Made by a program: the position numbers and the translations under genes. The notes under the pieces were generated by a model. The model had not been told where the DNA came from. It ran no database searches and worked only from the letters and a program-made list of their open reading frames with translations. DNA of 64,000 bases. It comes from Hyaloraphidium curvatum SAG 235-1 (taxonomy: Eukaryota > Fungi > Monoblepharomycota). Positions 12,622 through 23,491 of the stretch are shown in pieces. Every line of letters begins with the position of its first letter. Position 1 is the stretch's first letter. Location of the stretch: the NCBI GenBank assembly GCA_025558095.1, contig JAIVFI010000019.1, forward strand, positions 558,001-622,000. Reading direction: 5' to 3'.

Positions 12622-13194
12622 TCGGATTCGATACATTTAGCAAACTATTTACACCACTTGATGCGGCCTCGCAGTTGCCGCTCGTGCTGCCTGATGGGCT
12701 GCCTGCTGATGGGCCGAGAAAGCGAACGAGACTCTTGATGTGTTCACATCTCTACGGGCCTCCTATAGAACGTGTAAGACGGTTCCAAATCAGAATTGCG
12801 CACAGTTTGGGCAAGGTCGCGGGCCGCCATTCTTGGACCTTTGAACGCTGGAGTGATTTAGCAATGCTGGGAAGCGGGATGATGGGCGGGTGGCAGCCGG
12901 CGCGCCGCGATTGCAGGGGCGGGAGCCGCCATCTCCGCTCGCCGGCCGAGCTGGGCAAGGACGCTATCGGAAGAACTTGTTGGACGGTACGCATATCTCA
13001 CGGCATTACATCGGACGGGTTGGCCGTCGGAGGAATAATCGGCTTTTCGAGTTCAGCCAGCCGCGCACCCCAGCCGCCGCTGCGAGCCCGCTGCGGGCGG
13101 CCCTCCGCCCCACTCGGAAACTTCCTCCCGCGCCCCGGGCGGCTCGAGGCGGTGGCATTTATTGAGCGGCGGAGCCAAGGACGGACACAACACA

Positions 13195-16100
13195 ATGCGT
13201 CCTCTCGCCATCGCCATTTTCCTCGCGCTGTCGGTGGGCGTGGCCGGTGCGGTGCCCGCGCCGCGGGGCGTCACCCCGCAGGCCGCCGCCGCCGCCGCGG
13301 ACGCCATCTCGGCGTCGCGGCTCGGCGAGGCGTGCGCGGCGTCGACGTACTCCGAGTGCACGACGGGGTGCTGCGTCGGCGGCGCCTGCGCGGCCCACGA
13401 CGTCTGCTGGCCGGGCGGCTCCAACCGCGACGCGCGCTGCACGGCGTCGACGTGGCAGCAGTGCGACTCGGGCTGCTGCTCCGCGGGCCGGTGCGCCCAC
13501 CCGTCGGCGTGCTTCCCCGTCGCGATGGGCGCGCGCCGCGGCTCCGCCTGCGCGGAGTCGGCCGCCTGCGCGTCGGGCTGCTGCGCAAGCGGCGTCTGCG
13601 CGGCCGTCGCAGAGTGCTTCGGCGAGAAGGGCGGCCCCGCCGTGCTGCCGCTGGCCGAGCTGCTGCCGGGCTCCAACGCAAGCTGCACCCGCGACTACGC
13701 CGGCCTCGCCTCGCACGGCATCGCGTGCCCGTGCGACCACGTCTTCGTCTGCGGGCAGTGCATCCCGGCAAACTCGGAGCTGCTGCCGGCCGTCGCGCCG
13801 CTCAACAGGCACTGCGACCGCGCCGCCGAGATCATCGCCGCCTGGCGCAACTCGCGCACCCCGCCGCCCGCACCCCGGGCCGCGCGCACCAAGCGGGCCC
13901 CGACACCCCGTGGCATGGGCGCGCCGTGCTTCACCACGTCGACCGAAACGGCCTACTATGGTTCGTGTGCGGGCTGCCCGTCCCTGTCCGCGCCACGCAG
14001 TAACCACCGAAGCAAACAGGCAAGGTCGCCTACAGCGGCTGCGACGCCTCCTACACGTGCGACGCGGTGCTGAAGGTATGCGTCGACAAGCCCACGCCGC
14101 TGCGCCACCCCTCTTTCGCGTGCCCGCAGGGCAACAACACGGACTCGGCGAAACGGACCTTCAGCAAGCTCGATCCCGTGCTCGGCCCCTATCTCGACAC
14201 CGCCAACATCGCCGTGCCGCCCGGCACTTGCCAGCTCTGCTACGACAAGGGCGTCTTCGTCCGCGACTGCCCGCCCGGCACCGCGTGCGACGTTGCCCAG
14301 TACCAGTCGGCCCTGTGCCTGCCCATCGTGCGCACCGAGTACGACGCCCACGCGGACGGCTCCGCGGACTGCTCCGGCACGCAGCCCGAGGGCGCCAGGG
14401 TCTCCAAGCCCTCCGAGTGCGCCAGCTGCTGGGCCGACTCGCGCACCTCCGCGTGCGGCCCGCCGCCGACGGGCTTCCTCGCCGCCGTCGAGGCCGTCCC
14501 GCGGGGCCGCCTCCTCTACCCGCTGCCCCCCGACTTCTACCGGCCCGAGGACGTGCTGCGCTCCGACGGCCTCTCGGGGTTCCGCAACTACTTTGACGTC
14601 GACGAGTACCTGGCGACGTACCGGTACGCCTCGTGCGCCGCCACCAAAGGCAAAAGCGCGGACCTGCGGCTCGGGTACTGGGACGCGGGCAACTTTGCCG
14701 ACGGCGCGTCGGCGCTCGCCGACTGGACCGCCGCGTGGGAGACGGCCTTCGCCAAGGAATGCGACTGCAAGAACGGCAACTACCCCCGCTGGCCCAAGGC
14801 ACCGCAGCGCCGGGGCGCCGGCCCCGCGCGGCGATCGCCCGATTCCTGCCCCGGCATCGACCGCTTCTGCCTCCCCTTCATGGAAACCTGCGCCGCGGGC
14901 GTGCCGACGGACGGCCGCGCCGCCATGGGCGACAAACTGCGGTGCCTGCCCGCGTGCGAGCTGCGGGAGGAGCTCGACTGGCTCGCGGGCCCGGCGGCGT
15001 GGATCGCGGCCGCGGAGAACCTGGCGGGGAACCTGTTCCGCGGCATGGAAAGCGCGCTGCGGGGCGCGGCGGAGATGGTGGCCGGCGCGGGCGCGGACGG
15101 GGCGGAGTTCAGGTTCGGACCCGGGCTGGCGGGCATGGTGCACTGGGCCTTTGCGGACGCCTGGGCCGACGCCGCGTACGTGGCGGCGTCGCTGCGCTCG
15201 GGGATCGACATCGGCACCGGCGACCGGGCGGCGACCAACGCATTCTGGGACCCCCTGCTAGCCTTCCTCGCGTCCTCGTCGCTGGACAACGCGGAGGGGA
15301 TCATGAACCGCACGGTGCCCGCCCGCGACGTGTTCTACGGGCTCTTTGGCGGCGCGGAGGAGGTGCCCCTGAGCGGGAGCGCGCTCAAGGCGTTCCTGCA
15401 GAGCTCGGGGGAGGCCACCGTCGCCGCGTTCCGGGAACGGATGGCGCGGGAGATACAGTCGGACCGGTACCGACTCTCGCGGTTCGCCAGCATGGACAAG
15501 GCGTCCGGGATCGGCATGGACAGGGCGGTGTACGCCAATGCCGACAGCGCGGGGCCGATCGTCAATGCGGTGGCGGCCGCGGCGAGGCAAAAGTACCTAA
15601 GGCAGATCATCCCCTCGTACTGGGACGCGTGCGTCGTGGACCAGTGGTACAGCTGGGTCAACACGGACGGGAGCAGCGTCGCTTGGTGGGTGGTCCGGGC
15701 CCGGCGGCGCGCACGCGGGATGCTGACGCGCTCCCTCCCGGCAGCGCGCTCGTGGATGCCGGCGCCTACGGCGTCTGCCCGGATTGGTGCGGCACCAGGC
15801 CGTCCGCCTCCCCCTTGCAGTACTCGGGCAACCCGGACTGGGCGTGGGGGATCGGCTCCGCCGACTTCCCCGACCTTTCGGCGCCCTGGTACCGCCTCAA
15901 GGAGCCGTCGAGCAAGGGCTTCAACATCCTCGAGAGCAAGACGACGAGCACCGTCGTGCGGTCGCACCACTGGTTCTGCCCGCGATCGGGATCGGGGGGC
16001 GGCGGGCCGGACGACGCCGCGTTCGTCGCGCTGGCGGCCGCCGCGGGGTGCAGGTTCGTCGACGGCGCAGAGGGGTGGCCCGCGGACTTCCGGCCGGGGC

Positions 16101-16324
16101 AATCGCGCGAGCTGGCGTGCGGGCCCGAGATGGCCAACGCGGGGTGGATCCAGTACTCGGGGGCCTACTTCGACCGGCCGTTCTACAACCGATGGGGGAA
16201 CAAGTTCTACCCAAACACCGACGACTGGGGATCGGACCCGGGGCCGTGGCGGCGGTCGGCCATGTCGTTTTCGTGGCTGGGGATGAAGCGCAAGGATCTC
16301 ACGCCGTGCGTGGATCACTACTAG
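13195..16324 (+). CDS. Secreted cysteine-rich protein of unknown function (~1000 aa)
   Basis: Signal peptide MRPLAIAIFLALSVGVAGA; three C..CxxGCC..GxC repeats. Introns 13961..14019 and 15686..15744 join three ORFs in frame. Confidence 0.75.
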
Positions 16325-16466
16325 GACGGCTTGCTGCGGCGGTACTTGTCGGAGAGATGCTCGAGCAGATCGCGGAGGTGGACGTGGCGAGGAAGTGGGG
16401 AATATCATTCAACTATTGTGGGTCGAGGATTGCGAAACCGATTCCGAATTCGCCAGCCGAAACGAG

Positions 16467-18461
16467 ATGCTGGACCTCCTCCCTCCCGAAATCCTGCTCA
16501 TCGTCCTTTCCTCGCCCTGCCTGGATTTCGCGGACGCGTTTTTCCTGCGATTCCTCTGCCGGTCGGCGCGCGCTCCCGCCGCGGAAGCCTTCCTGGAACG
16601 CGTCCGCCGCGCCGCGCGCCGCAACGATGCGGCCGGATTCTGCCGCGCCGCGCTGGATATCCGCGGATCCGCAATGCGGCGCGCCGGCGCGGAGGAGTGC
16701 CTGGGCGCGCTGAGCGTCAGGTGCCTTTTGCGCCGGTGCGGGGTGCGCGCCGACTCGCTTTTCGCGCTCCGCGTGCTGGAGGACCTGTGCCGGGGCGACG
16801 AAGACGACGATTACGGCCGAAGCGTGGGGTTGATTCTCAAGGGGCTCGGGATCACCGTCGACGACGTGCCTTTGGTGGTCGACAACCTTCCACGCCTCCC
16901 TAGAGCCTCGTTCGACCCCGGGGACCTCCCGAACGTGCTGCGCGCCCCGGAGCTCCCGGGAAAGGATGTTGTCAAGGCCCTGGATAATGTTAGGAACGTA
17001 TCTTTTGACGTCAAGTGGCACACGGTCGGCGCGGTCGAGCAGTGGAATGCTTTCGCTCTGACCGACGGGCCCGAAGGGAAGACGGAGGCCGGGCTCGCCA
17101 GGATGCTGGAAGATGCGCGGAGGCTCGCTGCCGGCGATCTTTTTGGAACGTTCGAGCTGCTCTCGTTCTGGAGATCTTATTTTTCGGATGTTTTGCGCAT
17201 CGAGGACTACATCCTGGATCTCGGGTTCACTTGGCGGGAGCGCGGCATGATCATCGCTCGTTTCATTTCCTGGCGCGATTCGTCGTTAGGCTTTTTCGGG
17301 CTGCTCACCGACTACTTCGGACCGAACGGAGTGTCACGGAAGTCGTCGGACAGCGCCGCCTTCGTGGAAGAGGTTCTCAAGGGGTTCACGGAGATCGATT
17401 TCTCCGGTTTCTTTGACGAGAACGTGTGGCCCTCTTCCATGCAGTCGCAGGCGCCCGATTTCTTGCAGTACTGGGTGCGAACTGCCGATTCGCAGGACGC
17501 GCTGCGGTTTTTGCAAGCGCTGAACGGCCCCAAAACCTCCTCGTTGGACTTTGCGAGGCTGCGTTCCTTCCTCCTCATGGAGCATGTGGCTGTAGGCAGC
17601 GCTTGGCAGGCTGGTGTTGCCGAGTTCCTGCGCGACTCCTGGGATCTGGACGCGAAGCTCTGCGAAACCCTTCTCGGGGTTTTCGAGATTCAACGAGCGG
17701 ACCTGGCGGCCCTCATGATGAAGCGTCGTCGGGTTTTGGGGGAGCTCCAGCTAGATTGTGGCCTTTCGGATGTGCTTGAGCGCTATGCGGCCTTTGGTGG
17801 CGAAGCCGGGGAGCTCGCCGCCCGCGCACTGCTCCACGGCGTCGAGCCCTTGACCTTCTTCGAGAGAACCTACTACGAGTCCCCATCAGCAGAATCTGGT
17901 GCGGAGCTTGCCCGGAATGCGTGCTTGCAAATCCTAATGGCAGCGCGGAACTCGCGCGCCATCATGGGTATAAGCGATAAGGCTGAATCGTGGCCTTTGT
18001 ACCTTTCCTACTTTCTTTCCGCCTTCTTGACGACCGCGACGGACTTGCTCACGCCGAAGAGCTTCCGCGAGCTCGGCTTCGTGCTCGGAGGCTCGCTCCA
18101 CCTGATGGATCACGGCAACGACCTCTTTGCTGCGTTTGCCGAGGCACGATCACGCCATGCCTTCAAGTGCCGAGCCCACATCGCGGACTTCGTTGCTGGT
18201 CTGCTCTCTCCCGGCATCTTGTCCCTGTGGGCGGACAGCGATGCAGCCGATGCCCTGTTCGACGATACCCCCTTGGGATCGATGGATCTTGATTACCACA
18301 TCGATCTGGATGAGGAAGAGAAGTTCGAGGCTTTGACATGGGACCTGCTGTCCATGAAGGTCCACCCGGTCGGAACCCCGCTGGACTGGGGACCGGAAAG
18401 CCTCTCTGAGCGGAGGGAGCGGTGCATGGCGGGGATGCTCTCGATTTGCCACGACCGCTGA
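16467..18461 (+). CDS. F-box-like domain protein
   Basis: N-terminal MLDLLPPEILLIVLS..L..LCR F-box pattern followed by a long uninterrupted ORF. Confidence 0.6.
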   Translation: MLDLLPPEILLIVLSSPCLDFADAFFLRFLCRSARAPAAEAFLERVRRAARRNDAAGFCRAALDIRGSAMRRAGAEECLGALSVRCLLRRCGVRADSLFALRVLEDLCRGDEDDDYGRSVGLILKGLGITVDDVPLVVDNLPRLPRASFDPGDLPNVLRAPELPGKDVVKALDNVRNVSFDVKWHTVGAVEQWNAFALTDGPEGKTEAGLARMLEDARRLAAGDLFGTFELLSFWRSYFSDVLRIEDYILDLGFTWRERGMIIARFISWRDSSLGFFGLLTDYFGPNGVSRKSSDSAAFVEEVLKGFTEIDFSGFFDENVWPSSMQSQAPDFLQYWVRTADSQDALRFLQALNGPKTSSLDFARLRSFLLMEHVAVGSAWQAGVAEFLRDSWDLDAKLCETLLGVFEIQRADLAALMMKRRRVLGELQLDCGLSDVLERYAAFGGEAGELAARALLHGVEPLTFFERTYYESPSAESGAELARNACLQILMAARNSRAIMGISDKAESWPLYLSYFLSAFLTTATDLLTPKSFRELGFVLGGSLHLMDHGNDLFAAFAEARSRHAFKCRAHIADFVAGLLSPGILSLWADSDAADALFDDTPLGSMDLDYHIDLDEEEKFEALTWDLLSMKVHPVGTPLDWGPESLSERRERCMAGMLSICHDR

Positions 18462-18466
18462 TTGGG

Positions 18467-19378
18467 CTACTGGATCCTCGCGCCGTTGAGCCTTGCGGTC
18501 ACGACGCGAATCTGAAGGCAAGAAATGAGCGAAGATCTCGGCGCGGTCGGAAGACTCACGTCGTGATCATCGCTCCTGCTGTATCTACCATACTGGATGT
18601 ACCTGTTTGCGGAATCGATGCTCTCCTGCAACGCCAGGGCCCTGCGTTCGGTATCCTCCCTGGTCCTCCTCTCCGTGGCCAGCTTCGATTCCAGGTCCCG
18701 CCGTCGGACCCTTTCCAGGCGGAATGCTGCTCTGGGCCCGTGGTCGGGATGCAGGGCGTCAACTCTGGTGACGACCTCGTCGAATGCTGCCGCGTCATCG
18801 AGCCCGGCGATCGCGTCAAGAAGCTTGTCCGAGATTTCGGTGATGCCGCGGCGGACCGTCACATAGAACGCCTCCCAGAAGCTGTTCTCTTCGTCGGGGA
18901 GCGGGAAGTCCCCGGAGACCGTCGTCCTCCGATCGAGCAGCTCGACGATCTCGGCGGTGAGGTTGGGCACGCCGTAGAAGTCGGCGACTTCGTGGAGCTG
19001 TTCGAGCTCGGAAGTCGATGCTTTCCTCGCGGCAGACTCCGGCTTCCTGTAGCACCATTTGAGGAACAAGCGAAGGATTCCCGAGTCAAACGGGGCTGGG
19101 ATCGCCTTTTGGGAGACAAATGAGAATCGGCGCGATCAGATGCTATTGAAGAGACCCACGTCATCATCGTCGTCGGACTTGGAGCTCGCAAACATGCCGA
19201 CAAGGACGGACGAGACCGCCGCCAGCGGCATCTTGTGGACGGAGAAGAGGATTCCGTCGCGTGACTTGATGAGCAGGTCGTCGGGTACCGGGAAGCCTTG
19301 GATCAGGAACTCCTCGACGCCGGACGGCGGGTCGCTCCATTTTTGACTGTTGCTCGAGTTTGTCGTCGTCGAGGGCAT
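18467..19378 (-). CDS. BTB/POZ domain protein with C-terminal coiled coil
   Basis: DLLIKSRDGILFSVHKMPLAAVSSVLVGMF, an intron, then FDSGILRLFLKWCY..LHEVADFYGV. Possible second intron 18512..18559. Confidence 0.8.
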
Positions 19379-19522
19379 TATGCTCTTCGGTCGCTTCCGC
19401 GGGAGTGGGAGTCGAAGGGGCTCTTGGGAGTTGCGACAATGCGCGAATCGCCACATCACCTCCTCTCCTGGATCCCATTCAACGCGTTCCAGTGACGAGC
19501 CCTTTTGGCGCACCTGTCTGCC

Positions 19523-20792
19523 ATGAGCTCCTCGAACCCGCGCCCGCCACCCTTCGCGCCGCGCGCGGTCCGGCTGCGCGAGCCGCCCACCGGCGCGCCG
19601 CCCGCGAAACGCGCGCGCGCCGACGCGCCGTTGCCCGCGGCCTCCCCCGCTGAGCCCCCGCCGCCCCCCGCGGCGCGCTTGGAGGGCGATGCGACGCGTC
19701 AGGACGCGCAGCCGCGCGAGGAAACCTTCTACAACCCGCGCCGCCGCAATCCGAAGACCCGAATCGCGCTCCCGTCGCAGGGCTCGGACGCTCCGCGGAA
19801 AAAACCAGCGTTCCCGCACGGCAACTACGATTCGTACTATGCGCACCGCGATCCCCACCGGACGGATCCTAGACTGGACGCGTGGGACGCCGCCTGGTTC
19901 GCGGGAAGGACGGTGCTCGATGTCGGCTGCAATGCCGGGCTGGTGGCAGTCGAAGTGGCCGCCAGGTTCGCTCCGCGGGCGGTGTTGGGGGTGGACATTG
20001 ATCCCGGGCTCGTTCGGAAGGCCGGAGGCGTGCTTGCTGCGCGGTATTCGCTCACGAAACCTGCGATCGCGTGGGACGCCGGCAAGGGGTGCATCGTGAA
20101 GCTGGAAGGGACCGCGGACGGGGCGCCTTACTTTCCCTTGTCGGCCATTGCTGCGCACGGGACGGTGCCGATAATCAGGCCGGAGAAGGTGCCGGTCATT
20201 GGAGCCGATGGCGAGGAGGAGCGACTCGAGGGATTCCCATGGAATGTCGAGTTTGCCGTCGGCGACTGGACGAAGGCGCCCGCGAGGAAGGTGGAGGCAG
20301 GTGAAAGGAAGCTAACAGGGGACGAGGAAGGGTCCTGGGATGTGGTCCTGGCGTTGGGTGTTCCGTCTCGGCGCCGCGATCTCTCTCATTGGGTCGTTCC
20401 GTTCTTCCAGCCTCGCCATAACGAAATGGATCCACCTCAACGGCGGCGATGCCGGTTTGCGCAAGTTCCTCGCCAAGCTCGCCGCAGTCCTTGCGCCGGG
20501 AGGCAGGCTTATCATCGAGGCCCAGCCGTGGGCATCGTACCTGAAGCGGACCAAGGAGTGGGACCTCTCGAAGCTGGAGATGCGGCCCGAAGGGACCCGC
20601 GGGGAGCTCGAAGGACTGGGCCTGGCGTGGGAGCGGACGGTGTCGGCGCCCGCAGCGGACGACGAGGCGGAGGCGGGCGGGAAAGCGCGGAAGACGGGTG
20701 CGTGCCTGTTGCCCTTGACGTCCAATTTGCCGGCTGATGGATCTTGCAAAGCATTCTCGGATAGGGAGATGATGGTATTCGTCAAGCCTTGA
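19523..20792 (+). CDS. Bin3/MePCE-family RNA methylphosphate capping enzyme
   Basis: HGNYDSYY, SAM motif VLDVGCNAG, GVDID, spliced VLALAITKWIHLNGGDAGL, EAQPWASY. Introns ~20353..20410 and 20698..20751. Confidence 0.9.
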
Positions 20793-20968
20793 CCATGACT
20801 GAGCTCCACAAGGCGTCGATGTCGATGAGTAATCGAGCCGTCGCCATCACAACTGCCTGGAGCGACGTGGATTGCCACATCCGCGGCCTCGATCACCGCA
20901 ACGCAACGCTACCTGCGGCCACCGAACCCTTCGGGGAATCCGGGCGATCGTCGTGCGGCCGGGCCGTG

Positions 20969-23172
20969 CGGCCGGAAGGGACCGACCGTTGCGACGTTCC
21001 AGAACCGATCGTAGGGACCGGTCCCTAGAGGACACAAGTACTTCAGGGAGCGTCCTCCCCACGCCCTCCATCACCAACGCTGCCGCAAACGACCACCATG
21101 CGCGCCACCTCCTACCTCGCCGCCGCCGGCGCCGCCGTCCTGGCCCTCGTCGGCCGCTCCGACGCCCAGGGCGTCGCGTGGTCCGGGCGCTCTGAGCTCG
21201 CCGCCCTGACCGGCTGCACGTCCGGCCAGCCCGGCACGAACGCGCCTCAGGTGACTACCAGCTGCTCAGCTTGCCTTCTGGATCGGTCGCTAACTATGGC
21301 CGCCCCTGACAGGTCGACACGGCCCGCACCAACATGACCAGGGCGGACATCACGGTCGCCGCCTGGACCAAGCCCGTCTCCGGCCGCAAGATGACCATGT
21401 ACCTCGGCAAGGAGATGCACGGCACCGCCGTCTGCGTCGCCGACTCGGTCGGCAGCACCGGCACCTGCCGCTACGACTTCACGCTGCAGGGCACCTGGCG
21501 CACGCTCCGCGGCTGCGCCTGGTCCAACCCCGACACCACGAGCCGCCCCGGCTACGAGGTCCGCAACAACACGGTCTACCTGGAGTGGCAGGACGTCTTC
21601 CCCGGCGGCAACCGCCAGGCCTCGCGCTACGCCTACCCGGTCTCGATCGCCCTGCCGACGACCGTGAACGTGCAGACCGACATCAAGGTCCTCGAGGAGT
21701 CGGGCATCAAGAACTTCAACCTGACGGGGCTGTCGTACGACATCACCGACGGGCAGCGCTTCCTGATCGTCGACTTCACCATGTTCTCGAGGTGCGTTGC
21801 TCGCGGGGTGGCGCTGATGGGCCGCGATCTGATTGTCCCCTCCCTCCAGGTGGCCCAACAACCTCACTCTTGACGCCGACTCGGGCTACATCCAGCTGCC
21901 CGGCTACACCGGATCCGTCGAGATCGTCTCGTACACCCTGCCCACCTGCGTCAAGACCGACGGCTCGGCCAGCACGGCCTTCACCACCCAGGACTTCTGC
22001 TACCAGAACGGCCAGCTGAAGATCGCCATCGGCGACGTGTGCAACGTCGGCGGCACCTACGCCTTCAACTTCGACACGAACTGCTTCCCCGGTGCCGCCA
22101 ACACCAACACCTGCACGGGCAAGGTGCTCACGGCCAACGCCCTCATCGGCACGCCCAACGCCTCGGGTGCCCTCGAGCTCGACCTCTGCAACGCCCTCCT
22201 GAACACCGTGGCCGCGGTCACCGGCGTGATGGTTGCGGACAAGCCCCAGGGCTACTTCTTCGGCGACACCGTCCTGCTCACGGCCACCTTCACCTCGCCC
22301 GACCTGCCCATCTACGAGGCCCGCCTGACCAAGATGATCCTCGGCCGCAACAAGGTCGAGCGCACGCCCAACATCGGCGCCGCCACCACCGTGACCCGCA
22401 ACGTCAACACGACCCTCGTCGACTCGGCCGCCGGCCCCGCCGCCGTCGGTGCCCTCTCGACCCTGGCCGTCAACACCAACTTCACCTACCTCCCGACCGC
22501 CGACCCCAACGTCGTGGAGATGAAGGTCACGCCCAACATGCTGCCCAAGCAGGCCGGCGTCGACTTCAACGACAACTCGTTCCTGACCACCGACGACTTC
22601 GACTCGATCACCGTGAGTAGCGGACGGATGCGTGCTGCACGCGATCGGTCGCTCATCTTCCTCCCCTTGCAGGACTACACTTTCTACGCCACCTTCCGCA
22701 TCTACTTCGACCAGCAGTCCGCCGCCGGCCAGCGCCGCCGCCGTCTCCTCGCCCGTGACGTGCAGGTGCCCGCCCCGGCCCTGCGTCAGACCACGACGAG
22801 CAACCAGAACGCCAACGCCGCCCTGACGGTGCCCCCCAACCCCAACGCGGTGCAGACCCAGCCCACCACCGCCCCGGTCGCCCCCGTCGCCCAGCCGGCC
22901 GCCGCCACCTCGTCCAACGAGGCCCTGGTCATCGCCGCCATCGTCATCGGCACCCTCGCCCTCCTCGCCGCCTGCTGCACCCTCTTCGTCCTGCTGGCCA
23001 TGCGCCGCAAGGACAAGAAGCGCCAGGAGGAGGATGCCTTCATCCGCCAGAGGCTCGTGGACGGGCTCGAGTCGGCCAAGGTGCCCGCCTGGGGCGCTTC
23101 GGTGTAAGGAGCTGACTGGAGGAGGGAGTGAACTGGCGCATGGGACAGAGTGTATTAGAAGCTTGCACAACA
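20969..23172 (+). repeat. Direct duplication unit A (paired with 34127..36330)
   Basis: Near-identical sequence covering ~130 bp upstream, the whole gene and part of the 3' UTR. Confidence 0.95.
21098..23107 (+). CDS. Type I membrane/cell-surface protein of unknown family, copy A
   Basis: Signal peptide; Cys/Thr/Asn-rich ectodomain; RRRRLL; P/T/A stalk; TM ALVIAAIVIGTLALLAACCTLFVLLAM; short tail. Introns 21251..21312, 21792..21849, 22613..22672. Strong C-ending codon bias. Confidence 0.85.
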
Positions 23173-23202
23173 ACGACCAGAGTGTTGCTATCTTTCCTTG
23201 CG

Positions 23203-23250
23203 CGGATCCGGGTCCTGACAAGTAGCCGGATCCGGGTCCTGACAAGTAGC
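23203..23250. repeat. 24-bp tandem repeat x2 (CGGATCCGGGTCCTGACAAGTAGC)
   Basis: Two perfect adjacent copies. Confidence 0.9.
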
Positions 23251-23491
23251 TTCGCGGCAGCAAAGCGGCAAAGCAAATACGAATGTGCATCATTTCGCCA
23301 GCTTGGGCGTTCTCGCTTGGTGATGGATGATACTGGCCTCAAGGTAGGCGTGGAGTCCGGTGGGGTGCGTCCCCGAGCAGAAAGCCGAATCGGGGCTTGA
23401 ACGAATCGCCGCCCGAACCCCCGACGGAACGCGTCGCCGCCGGCCACCCTTCGGAAGAGCTTGACAGGGCGTGAGACAGCTCCGGACAACG

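Noticed and set aside
10560-14003. 1147-aa ORF suggesting a kinase fused to a long C-terminal region
   Set aside because: Read-through of introns and intergenic DNA; the spliced kinase ends at 12621 and a separate gene starts at 13195.
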